The notes beneath the pieces were generated by a model. It searched no databases. It was given only the letters and a program-made list of their open reading frames with translations, and was not told the origin of the DNA. A stretch of DNA of 35,904 nt. It comes from a virus. The first letter of the stretch is position 1. Every line of letters begins with the position of its first letter. Location: UHGV virus genome UHGV-0042151, one strand, 5' to 3'. The translations under genes and the position numbers were made by a program. Shown one piece after another: positions 26,914 to 34,751 of the stretch.

Positions 26914-28712
26914 GTTACTTTGGCCTTAATCCAGTAAACCAGAATCAGCAGCTTGACGAAGCAGCATCAAATCCAGCTGGCTTTAACAGCGATGTTGGTT
27001 TTTTCGACAATGCTGTAGGAGCGGCATTGTCTGGTTTGTACTCCGGGCTGGTGGCAAAGCCAGATCAGTTGCTCTGGGCAGGGATGGATAAAATCGTATC
27101 CCCGATTGCTCAGTTTGTTAACGAAAACACCTCGCTCAATGACACTTCAGTTTCATACATTGCCGAGCAGAGAAAACTAGCAGAGCAGCAGGTTAAGCGG
27201 CTGACGCCTGATGCCGCGACAACTGGAACCGCCGGGCAGGTTCTTTATGGGTTGTTCGATATGGGCGGGCAGGCTGTTGTTGGTACAACGCTCGGTGGTC
27301 CGGTCGGAGGTGCTGCGGCGGTAACTTCGCTACAGGGTTTTTCTGAGTTTGAACGGCTGACAGCACAGGGTGTTGATTTCAGGACGGCGCAGGAAGCGGG
27401 ATTAGTGCAGGGCATTACTGCTGGTGCCGGAACGCTGATCCCTATAAGCCTCGGGTTACGTGCTGGTGGTGCGCTGGCGGAAGGTGTGGCGGCTCAGCTT
27501 GCGCGGACGGGTGAAAGTTCAGTGCGACGCGCCGCAGCAACAGCAGTACGTGCAACGCCAGATATTGCCTATGCCGCAGGTACAAATATTGCGTTCGGTA
27601 TGGCACAGCGTGGGCTTACTGCAAAAACGCTTCGTGATGGTGGCTATAGCGAAATGGCTAATCAGTATGATGTGTTGGATCGACAGGCAATTGCTATTGA
27701 TGCTGTTCTTGGAGTGGCGTTTGGTGGTGTCGGCAGATTTATTAACTCTCGCGGCGAGTCTACAAGCGCACCAAATTTTTCACCAGTTGATGTCGATGCT
27801 GCACTGGCGGCGAATGCCGCTCATCATGCTGAAATTGATATTGCTCCCGGTGTGCCGATCAACGTGCTTTCGCGTAATTCGCACATTCAGGCTCTGCGAA
27901 AAGCCATGTCTGATGTTAGCCAGGGGAGACCTGTAGACGTTGCCAGCATTGTTGAGTCTGCATCTTTCAGTGAAATTCCTGGGCGCAAGAGTCTGCTTTC
28001 TCAGGCAGTTAATGAGGCTCTGTCATCTGTAGATGATGGAGTAACGGCGCGCGCTATAGAAAATCGGTTGCTTGAAGAACAGGCCGCGCAGCTTTTGCCG
28101 CGTGGCGATAGACAGGTTTACCAGTCTGAAATCGCTAATAGCCAACGAATTATTGAAAATCTCACTGAACAGCGCGCACAAATTCTTGCAGAAGAGCCAA
28201 CCGGTAGCGGTAAAGCTTTGTCTCGTGCTCGATCAGATAAACAGGCCAGACTTCGCGATATTGATCAACGAATCCGGCAGGCACAAGAACGCCTGGAGTT
28301 TTCCCGTAACGCGTTGGCACCGCACGAGCCTGGCGGTCAGTTTTTTGAAGCTCGAGCAGAACTGGCACGACGACAGCAGGCAGAAAGTGAACTTAATGCT
28401 CAGGCTGTTTCATTCTATAAAACAGCAGAGGTCAGGACGCCAGACGAAGTAGCTCCTTTTGAGCCCGGTAAGATATTGCAACAGACAGAACAAAAAATGA
28501 TGGCAGATCCGGCAGGAGATATTGATCTGCGTATAGCTGAAGACTCGCTGCTTGAATCTCCGGACATGATAATCACCGTGCTGGATGATGATGGTAATCC
28601 ACAATCGCGCAGTGCGCGTGAAGTACTGGATGAAGCGAACAGGGAAAGTGAGCAGGCAATACAGGATTCCAGCCTGTTTGATGTTGCTGTGGCGTGTTTC
28701 TTGAGAGGTTAA
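26910..28712 (+). CDS. internal virion (ejection) protein, 600 aa
   Basis: Translationally coupled; Ala/Gly-rich N-terminus, coiled-coil C-terminus. Confidence 0.5.
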   Translation: MSYFGLNPVNQNQQLDEAASNPAGFNSDVGFFDNAVGAALSGLYSGLVAKPDQLLWAGMDKIVSPIAQFVNENTSLNDTSVSYIAEQRKLAEQQVKRLTPDAATTGTAGQVLYGLFDMGGQAVVGTTLGGPVGGAAAVTSLQGFSEFERLTAQGVDFRTAQEAGLVQGITAGAGTLIPISLGLRAGGALAEGVAAQLARTGESSVRRAAATAVRATPDIAYAAGTNIAFGMAQRGLTAKTLRDGGYSEMANQYDVLDRQAIAIDAVLGVAFGGVGRFINSRGESTSAPNFSPVDVDAALAANAAHHAEIDIAPGVPINVLSRNSHIQALRKAMSDVSQGRPVDVASIVESASFSEIPGRKSLLSQAVNEALSSVDDGVTARAIENRLLEEQAAQLLPRGDRQVYQSEIANSQRIIENLTEQRAQILAEEPTGSGKALSRARSDKQARLRDIDQRIRQAQERLEFSRNALAPHEPGGQFFEARAELARRQQAESELNAQAVSFYKTAEVRTPDEVAPFEPGKILQQTEQKMMADPAGDIDLRIAEDSLLESPDMIITVLDDDGNPQSRSAREVLDEANRESEQAIQDSSLFDVAVACFLRG

Positions 28713-28717
28713 ATTAA

Positions 28718-31192
28718 ATGAGACAGGAATGTATACAAGCGGTCCAGCAGGCGGCGCAGCGCACGTTAACGGCGCGAGAAATACAGAACATTGAAGACCG
28801 CATTTATCGAAATATGCGCTCCATTGCTCGTGATGACCCGATGTCGTGGCGACAACTTTCCGAATCAGAACGGTTGTATCGTGCAGCACAATTGGCATCT
28901 GAAGAATTACAGCGAGAAGCGGCATTAAAGAAACGTCGTGTGGCCCTCACTATAGCCGCACGTCAGAGATTGGATAAATTTATCAATAGCTATCAAGGGG
29001 CTGATGGGAAACTTGGCGCTCTTAACCGTACTATTGCTTTTAATGCAGACGGTAAATCGAATTTCCTCTCTGTTGAATCCAGAACAAAAGCCACCCGTGA
29101 TTATGCATTGAGTCAATTGCAGGAGGCATTCGAAGCAGTTGATCCTCGCTTTTTTGGTCTGTTTGAAGATGAAGCGGGCGTACGTGACCTGGTATATGAA
29201 ATGCGGGGGCAAAATACTGGCAATGCTAAAGCAAGAAAAGGTGCTAAGGCGTGGAGAGAAGTTACAGAGCTGCTGCGCCGCCGGTTTAATGATGCTGGTG
29301 GGGACATTGGCTATCTCGAAAACTGGGGGATCCCTCAACATCATTCTATGGAAAAGGTTGGGGCGGTATCAAAGGATAAGTGGGTTAGCGATGTTATAGG
29401 TAAGCTGGATCGCAAATATTATACCCGAGCCGATGGACAACTGATGAACGATGCCGAGTTGTCTGAATTTCTTGGAGAGGCTTATAACACGATCGCTACT
29501 GGTGGGCTGAATAAGCTTACTGATACCGGAATGCGAATTTCCGGCGCACGTGCTAACCGTGGTAATGCATCACGACAGATACATTTCAAAGATGCAGATT
29601 CCTATCTGCAATATCAGCAACTTTATGGCGATCGCTCTCTATGGGAAATCATGGTCGGTCACCTGGAAGGTATCAGTAAAGATATTGCGCTGGTGGAAAC
29701 ATATGGCCCAAACCCCGATCATGTTTTCCGCTCCCTTCTTGATCAGGTTAAGGCAGAAACGGCAACAGCTAACCCGAGTAAAACCGGTAGCGTCGAGCGT
29801 CTGGCGAACAAAACAGAGAACTTGTACAACTTTATTTCCGGAAAAACACAGCCTGTAGCGAATCCGCACATCGCGCGATGGTCTGACAATATCCGCAACT
29901 GGCTGGTTGCCAGCAGACTCGGATCCGCGTTGCTGTCATCGTTCTCTGATCTTGGAACCATGTATCTGTCTGCGAAGGTTACCAACCTTCCAATGAACCA
30001 GTTATTTCGCAACCAGCTTGAAGCTATGGACCCAACGAACCGTACAGAACTTGCGCGGGCGCGCCGCGCTGGCCTGGCGATGGAATCTCTACTTGGCAGC
30101 GTTAACCGCTGGGCGATGGATAATATGGGGCCGTCTGTGTCTCGTTGGGCGGCAACGGCGGTAATGCGTGCCAGTGGGCTTACAGCATGGTCAGATGCGC
30201 ACAAGCGCGCCTATGGCGTAACCATGATGGGAAGCCTGGGAGAAGTAGTGTCACGGACACCAGACCTTCGTAGCCTCGATGACTCTGATTTTCGTATCCT
30301 GAAAAGCAAAGGGATTACTGACACAGACTGGAGCGTATGGAAGCTGGCGCAACAGGAGGACTGGGGGAACGGTAATAATACGATGCTGACACCGGAAAGC
30401 ATTATGCGTATCCCTGATTCAGCAGTTAAACATCTTGGTGAGCCTGAACGCGTGAAATTTGAGGCAATGCGTAAACTGCTCGGTGCCGTAACTGAAGAAG
30501 TTGATATGGCTGTTATTACACCGGGCGCACGTGAACAGATGTTCGTAGGGTCTGGTCTTCAGCGTGGAACATGGAAAGGTGAATTAACGAGAAGTGTTTT
30601 CCTGTTTAAATCGTTCCCTATCTCGGTAGTTATGCGTCACTGGCATAGAGCTATGGGGATGCCGTCTGCTGGTGGGCGTGCGGCATATATAGCAACGTTT
30701 TTAGCAAGCACAACCATGCTTGGTGCTCTTTCCATGCAGATTACTGATCTTATTAATGGGAGAAATCCAAAAGAAATGACCGGTGACAACATGGTTAAAT
30801 TCTGGATAAATGCATTTTTAAAAGGTGGTGGGGCAGGGTTGTATGGTGATTTTCTTTTCTCTGACCACACCAGGTACGGGAGCGGCGCACTAGCGTCGAT
30901 GCTTGGCCCGGTAGCTGGTCTGGTTGATGACGTAGTGAAGATTGCTCAGGGCATACCGTTAAATGCTGTGGAAGGGAAGAATGAGCAGACTGGTGGTGAT
31001 CTGGTTAAGCTTGGGAAAGGTTTGATGCCTGGTGCGAATCTCTGGTACTTGAAGGCGGCTCTCGATCACATGATCTTTAATCAGATGCAGGAGTATTTTT
31101 CACCAGGCTATTTGCGTAAAATGGAGCAACGTTCGAAGAAAGAGTTTAACCAGACATACTGGTGGCGACCTCAGGATGTCACTCCGCAATAA
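28718..31192 (+). CDS. internal virion (ejection) protein D-like, 824 aa
   Basis: Last large gene before accessory island; synteny with T7 gp16 region. Confidence 0.5.
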   Translation: MRQECIQAVQQAAQRTLTAREIQNIEDRIYRNMRSIARDDPMSWRQLSESERLYRAAQLASEELQREAALKKRRVALTIAARQRLDKFINSYQGADGKLGALNRTIAFNADGKSNFLSVESRTKATRDYALSQLQEAFEAVDPRFFGLFEDEAGVRDLVYEMRGQNTGNAKARKGAKAWREVTELLRRRFNDAGGDIGYLENWGIPQHHSMEKVGAVSKDKWVSDVIGKLDRKYYTRADGQLMNDAELSEFLGEAYNTIATGGLNKLTDTGMRISGARANRGNASRQIHFKDADSYLQYQQLYGDRSLWEIMVGHLEGISKDIALVETYGPNPDHVFRSLLDQVKAETATANPSKTGSVERLANKTENLYNFISGKTQPVANPHIARWSDNIRNWLVASRLGSALLSSFSDLGTMYLSAKVTNLPMNQLFRNQLEAMDPTNRTELARARRAGLAMESLLGSVNRWAMDNMGPSVSRWAATAVMRASGLTAWSDAHKRAYGVTMMGSLGEVVSRTPDLRSLDDSDFRILKSKGITDTDWSVWKLAQQEDWGNGNNTMLTPESIMRIPDSAVKHLGEPERVKFEAMRKLLGAVTEEVDMAVITPGAREQMFVGSGLQRGTWKGELTRSVFLFKSFPISVVMRHWHRAMGMPSAGGRAAYIATFLASTTMLGALSMQITDLINGRNPKEMTGDNMVKFWINAFLKGGGAGLYGDFLFSDHTRYGSGALASMLGPVAGLVDDVVKIAQGIPLNAVEGKNEQTGGDLVKLGKGLMPGANLWYLKAALDHMIFNQMQEYFSPGYLRKMEQRSKKEFNQTYWWRPQDVTPQ

Positions 31193-31201
31193 GGAACAAC
31201 A

Positions 31202-31615
31202 ATGAAGGAATTATTGCTGTTATCGGTATTTTTGATATCCGCTTGCTCGACATCCTATGATGTTTATGACGGTGTTGATAAGGCATATTGCGACAAAGTT
31301 AAAATGGATTTTTCTCTTGCCAAGACGGCGAAGGATAGTTGTATTGATCACTACGTCAAGACTTATACCAAGCCAGCCTCATCGGCATCTGATATTGCTG
31401 AAGGTGCTGTGTTTGAGTGTAACAAGGTGATATCCATCGCAGCGAGTTCTTCATACGATGCTGCTGTATGTGCAATGGCTGAAAGAAACGGCATGTCAGT
31501 GCAAAAAATTAATAGCATGATAAGCAGTAATGACGAAGCCAAAATAAGAACTGATATCAGCTCGGTGAAAAAAGATGCCATGAACAGAGTTGTAAAATAT
31601 CAGTCATCTTTATAA
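31202..31615 (+). CDS. lipoprotein (137 aa), candidate superinfection-exclusion or moron product
   Basis: Signal peptide plus lipobox 'LISAC' then Cys; own terminator. Confidence 0.55.
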   Translation: MKELLLLSVFLISACSTSYDVYDGVDKAYCDKVKMDFSLAKTAKDSCIDHYVKTYTKPASSASDIAEGAVFECNKVISIAASSSYDAAVCAMAERNGMSVQKINSMISSNDEAKIRTDISSVKKDAMNRVVKYQSSL

Positions 31616-31618
31616 GTC

Positions 31619-31630
31619 GTGACATGTCAC
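31619..31630. promoter_or_regulatory. 12-bp perfect palindrome GTGACATGTCAC (copy 3 of 3)
   Basis: Immediately 5' of terminator hairpin. Confidence 0.35.
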
Positions 31631-31631
31631 A

Positions 31632-31655
31632 GGCCGCTTTCGCGGCCTTGTTTTT
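31632..31655 (+). terminator. rho-independent terminator
   Basis: GGCCGC-tttc-GCGGCC followed by TTGTTTTT. Confidence 0.6.
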
Positions 31656-31815
31656 AACGAATGCCACCGCCACCCGGGCGGGAATCCGCAGAACGCCCAC
31701 CGCAGCGGGAGCCGTCAGCAGCAGTGTCGCTGTCGTGCTGACAACGACCGGCAAAGGCCTGAGTTGAAGCTACCAGAGACAACAAAACGAACAGTGCAGC
31801 AAATGCTTTTTTCAT
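31654..31815 (-). CDS. small secreted peptide (53 aa precursor)
   Basis: 'MKKAFAALFVLLSLVASTQAFA' signal peptide then 31-aa Gly/Arg-rich tail with 2 Cys; upstream TTGACG-17-ATAGAT promoter-like. Confidence 0.4.
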   Translation of the reverse strand: MKKAFAALFVLLSLVASTQAFAGRCQHDSDTAADGSRCGGRSADSRPGGGGIR

Positions 31816-31886
31816 TGTGAAATTTCCATCTATAAGCCACCTCAATGTGGCGTCAATGAGTGTAGCACTGACTTTTGTTTCGCCCA

Positions 31887-31909
31887 CAAAAAAGCCCGCA
31901 GCGCGGGCT
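31887..31909 (-). terminator. rho-independent terminator (minus strand)
   Basis: AGCCCGC-gcu-GCGGGCU then U6 on minus strand, starting at the stop codon of the 31908 gene. Confidence 0.5.
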
Positions 31910-32348
31910 ATTCTTCTTCATCATTAAAAAGCGGATTGTTGTTTCCATCTGATGAAAGGAAAGGTATGTGTTCTCTTGAAAATCCAACAATGACAATTTC
32001 ATTATCATTTTTTGCATAATGAATGCATTCATTAGAATGCCTTCCGCCAGGGTTGAAATTTAAGTTAATGGTATAATTCTTAAATGTGTTTGGATACCAT
32101 GTTGGCCCACAATGATAATGCCAATAATTCTCTTGCTCATAATTGTCTGAGCCGGGAATTTTATCATGGTTATCATCAACCCACGAGGGCTTGTTTTTTC
32201 CAACAAGCGCCCTTCCATTGGCAACATCCTCTAAAAAACTTTGTATGATTTTTATTTCATCATCAGTAAGGAAAGGTCCGTCTACAGCGAAAGGGGTGTT
32301 GCTTTCCCCATGTAGAAAACTATTAGATATTCTAATGTTAAACTTCAA
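31908..32348 (-). CDS. hypothetical AT-rich protein (146 aa), second gene of two-gene operon
   Basis: TTG start 32348 with AGGAG SD 6 nt upstream (the track's ATG 32489 start has no SD and overlaps the small ORF); no recognisable domain. Confidence 0.4.
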   Translation of the reverse strand: MKFNIRISNSFLHGESNTPFAVDGPFLTDDEIKIIQSFLEDVANGRALVGKNKPSWVDDNHDKIPGSDNYEQENYWHYHCGPTWYPNTFKNYTINLNFNPGGRHSNECIHYAKNDNEIVIVGFSREHIPFLSSDGNNNPLFNDEEE

Positions 32349-32368
32349 GGAAAACTCCTGATGTGCTT

Positions 32369-32536
32369 CTATTTGGAGCGAAATGCCGCCTTGAAGTCGC
32401 TGAAAGATGTTCCTGTCTGGTAAACCATATCCTTGTCGCGCTCTTTGCTTGCGCGGCCAAGCATAACTTTTCCAATGACATCCCAGCATTGCTTGGCTTG
32501 TTCATTGTGCTGAGTACGATTTTTCAACGCTGTCAT
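32369..32536 (-). CDS. small hypothetical protein (55 aa), first gene of two-gene operon
   Basis: AGGAGG SD 6 nt before ATG 32536; 'MTALKNRTQHNEQAKQCWDVIGKVMLGRASKERDKDMVYQTGTSFSDFKAAFRSK'. Confidence 0.45.
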   Translation of the reverse strand: MTALKNRTQHNEQAKQCWDVIGKVMLGRASKERDKDMVYQTGTSFSDFKAAFRSK

Positions 32537-32548
32537 ATCGCGCCTCCT

Positions 32549-32563
32549 TTACCTTTAAGGTAA
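32549..32563. promoter_or_regulatory. palindromic site TTACC-N5-GGTAA at promoter of two-gene operon
   Basis: Minus-strand TTGCAG-17-TACTAT promoter-like element abuts the site; site abuts SD. Confidence 0.5.
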
Positions 32564-32611
32564 TAGTACGCTATTCACCCACAGTCTGCAATCTGTACAG
32601 AATTATTTAAA

Positions 32612-32627
32612 GGCACATCCCTGTGCC
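32612..32627 (-). terminator. possible terminator after Bro-N gene
   Basis: GGCACA-GGGA-TGTGCC hairpin with A/U-rich 3' flank on minus strand. Confidence 0.3.
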
Positions 32628-32635
32628 GCCGCCCG

Positions 32636-33322
32636 TCAGAAGAACCCAGCCTTGTCGTTGATGTACTCCGCGTGGGTCTGGATATCACGCAGGCATTTGC
32701 TCACACCAACAATGTAGCAGAACATGGTGGTCAGCTCCGCCGCCGCGCCCGATACGTCGTGCCCGTCTTCCTGTAACTGGTTCAGCAGATTCATCAGCAG
32801 TGAGTTCTCCGTCAGGCCGAGAACACCAGACGGAGAATGAATCAGGCTGCGGTAGCCGGGCTTCAGTGGGGCACTGTAGGTTTTGTTCTCTATCTTCATT
32901 GCCTGCATCACTGCTGATGCTGTGGCGTTGGCTACCTGGTCGGCAACTATCTTTATGCGTTCTTCCTGCGGGAGCGAGTTTTTAATGTAACTTCCGGTGC
33001 GGCGGATCTGAGGAAGAACCTCACCTGTAACCCATTTACGAAAGCGGTAGGGGATAGTGCCTGGTGTCACTGCGTCGCGGCAGCGGAGGATCAGTGTGTA
33101 GAGGCCTGACTCGTTGATAATATTGGTTTCACCTTGACGGCCTAAGTTAAATTTAGCCCTTTCATCATCATCAAGAGATTTTATTGACATAGTGGGGTTT
33201 GTCAGTTGAAGAGCTTTAATAACGTCTTTGGCAACAAACCAAGGATTTCCATCAATAACAATGGCTCGAATGGTGGCTTCTGATTCAAAATGAAAAACAG
33301 ATGGGGTTACGTTAGCAGTCAT
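32636..33322 (-). CDS. Bro-N domain antirepressor-like protein
   Basis: N-terminus 'IRAIVIDGNPWFVAKDVIKALQL...GLYTLILR' fits Bro-N; C-terminal domain homologous to the 34473..34730 product; AGGTGA SD then ATG 33322. Confidence 0.65.
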   Translation of the reverse strand: MTANVTPSVFHFESEATIRAIVIDGNPWFVAKDVIKALQLTNPTMSIKSLDDDERAKFNLGRQGETNIINESGLYTLILRCRDAVTPGTIPYRFRKWVTGEVLPQIRRTGSYIKNSLPQEERIKIVADQVANATASAVMQAMKIENKTYSAPLKPGYRSLIHSPSGVLGLTENSLLMNLLNQLQEDGHDVSGAAAELTTMFCYIVGVSKCLRDIQTHAEYINDKAGFF

Positions 33323-33481
33323 AGTGATCACCTTTTAGTATGGTTAATCACCACCTGAGGTGCAAATCTCGTTGGTGGTGAGACGTACAGGGTTTGCACT
33401 ACCGGCTAAAAGGACCCGGCGCACCTTTCGGTGCCCCTGCACGTCCCACCATAATTCTGGCATGACTGTGCTATACGCATA

Positions 33482-33503
33482 AAAAAACCACGTCTGGCGT
33501 GGT
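33482..33503 (-). terminator. intrinsic terminator inside Bro-N upstream region (possible sRNA or attenuator 3' end)
   Basis: Minus strand ACCACG-CCAGA-CGTGGT followed by U7. Confidence 0.4.
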
Positions 33504-33593
33504 ATGCGCCTTTTAGTAATCCGGGGTGCAAATCCCGGCACTGGATTTTGCCAGTGCCCGATTACTATGGCACAAGAGGAGTGCGATGTAAAT

Positions 33594-33608
33594 TTACCGA
33601 AAAGGTAA
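33594..33608. promoter_or_regulatory. palindromic site TTACC-N5-GGTAA
   Basis: TTACCGAAAAGGTAA; about 90 bp upstream (minus sense) of the 33482 terminator. Confidence 0.45.
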
Positions 33609-33686
33609 TGATAAGCGCGAAAAAACATTAAAATCAACCGTATTTGGTTGATTGCGTTTAACGCTTGATCACCTGAAAGCAAGATA

Positions 33687-33701
33687 TTACCTTTAAGGTA
33701 A
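33687..33701. promoter_or_regulatory. palindromic site TTACC-N5-GGTAA upstream of 33722 gene
   Basis: TTACCTTTAAGGTAA, 20 nt before ATG 33722, just 5' of GAGGA SD. Confidence 0.5.
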
Positions 33702-33721
33702 TGTTATTGTGAGGAAAAGCA

Positions 33722-34450
33722 ATGGAAGTTTTCTGGATAGTTGTTGGTGTGGTTGCGGTGATTATTTACGTTATCAACCAGAACAAGACTAAGATCTCTG
33801 ATCGTACGGTCGTTAATCAGAACAAAACGATAAAGACCGAAGATGGGGAGATAACGATTAATCGTACACAGGTGATAGAGCACACATCTACTCAGTTTCA
33901 AAAAACTGGAGGTAACGCGCCTGATATTTCCGTACCTCCTGCTTATGATAGTGCGGTAATCCAGACATATTATAAACAGCAGGAGTTAGCAAAAGAGAGG
34001 CAACTGATTCAGCCAAAGCCGTTTACAGCTGAGCTTCCACCTGGAGTGTCAACGCGTCCGGCATATCATGGAAGATTCCCTGGTGATGACATATCGTCTC
34101 AGTCATTTAAAAAAGCACCTCAGGCAGTATCAGAGCCAGCAAGAATATCTTCTGTATCGCCGCCAAAAGAAGAATCAGCTAACAGAGTTTCAAGCGGTAG
34201 CAAGCAGTGCTTGCGATGCAGAATAAACCTTCCATATGAAAAATTCAGGAAATCGTCAAAAAATCCGGATGGATTGACTAAGTGGTGTGCAAGGTGTCTC
34301 GATGGCCCAAAGAATACACGTCATATGAAGTGGTGCCCAATTTGTAATGTCCGCAGAAAACGAACCAGCTTTTACCCTAATAATCAAAATGCGGACGGCT
34401 TAATGGCATGGTGCAAAACGTGCTGGGACGAGCACAAAGCGAAACGATAG
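33722..34450 (+). CDS. membrane-anchored protein with duplicated C-terminal zinc-ribbon (CxxC...WCxxC) modules
   Basis: N-terminal TM helix 'FWIVVGVVAVIIYVI'; 'CLRCRIN...WCARCLD' and 'WCPICNV...WCKTCWD'. Confidence 0.5.
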   Translation: MEVFWIVVGVVAVIIYVINQNKTKISDRTVVNQNKTIKTEDGEITINRTQVIEHTSTQFQKTGGNAPDISVPPAYDSAVIQTYYKQQELAKERQLIQPKPFTAELPPGVSTRPAYHGRFPGDDISSQSFKKAPQAVSEPARISSVSPPKEESANRVSSGSKQCLRCRINLPYEKFRKSSKNPDGLTKWCARCLDGPKNTRHMKWCPICNVRRKRTSFYPNNQNADGLMAWCKTCWDEHKAKR

Positions 34451-34474
34451 GCCGCTCTTGCGGCCTTTAAATTT
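34450..34474. terminator. bidirectional intrinsic terminator between convergent genes
   Basis: GGCCGC-tctt-GCGGCC followed by TTTAAATTT. Confidence 0.5.
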
Positions 34475-34730
34475 ACCGGGTTTGTTTTCGTAATTGTTCG
34501 GCACAATAGTCGAGATGTGTTTGCAGATCCTGCATAGACATCTGTGAGCTGGTGACGTAGTTAATCAGTGCAGTCAGTTCGGCAAGTGGGCCATCGACAT
34601 TAAATCCATCCTTATCGAGATCCCGGAGTAATTTCATCAAGTGCGATCCCTCCACCAGTGACCTGACGCCTCCCGGCGTGTGAATCCTTTCGGTAAATCC
34701 GTCTTCCAGTGGATAGTGATACTGCTGCAT
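34473..34730 (-). CDS. small antirepressor-like protein (85 aa), SOS-regulated
   Basis: GGAGAA SD then ATG 34730; homologous to C-terminal domain of Bro-N protein ('SLVEGSHLMKLLRDLDKDGFNVDGPLAELT' vs 'GLTENSLLMNLLNQLQEDGHDVSGAAAELT'); LexA box 22 nt upstream. Confidence 0.55.
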   Translation of the reverse strand: MQQYHYPLEDGFTERIHTPGGVRSLVEGSHLMKLLRDLDKDGFNVDGPLAELTALINYVTSSQMSMQDLQTHLDYCAEQLRKQTR

Positions 34731-34751
34731 CTTATCTTCTCCATGCAATAA

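Noticed and set aside
7196-30204. Long antisense ORFs inside large genes (for example 7196..7807-, 12759..13265-, 16251..16988-, 19647..20126-, 20129..20854-, 20674..21363-, 24454..25074-, 28410..28925-, 29743..30204-)
   Set aside because: Shadow ORFs embedded in well-supported, translationally coupled genes on the opposite strand, with no RBS or independent signals.
31908-32489. Long form (ATG 32489) of the AT-rich minus-strand ORF
   Set aside because: No RBS before ATG 32489, and it overlaps out of frame a small ORF with a strong AGGAGG RBS. The TTG-32348 start with AGGAG SD is more plausible.
33332-33480. LexA box upstream of the Bro-N antirepressor gene
   Set aside because: Only half-sites such as CTGTGCTATACGCATA are present, with no CTGT-N8-ACAG match. 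The only convincing LexA box is at 34752-34767.
33515-33545. Second tRNA or tRNA fragment (possible att core) at 'CCGGGGTGCAAATCCCGG'
   Set aside because: The loop is 8 nt and lacks the TTCRA T-loop signature. No acceptor or anticodon arms could be assembled.
33344-33682. 112-aa ORF on minus strand upstream of the Bro-N gene
   Set aside because: No RBS, an implausible residue composition, and it covers a region dense in hairpins plus an intrinsic terminator. Treated as non-coding.
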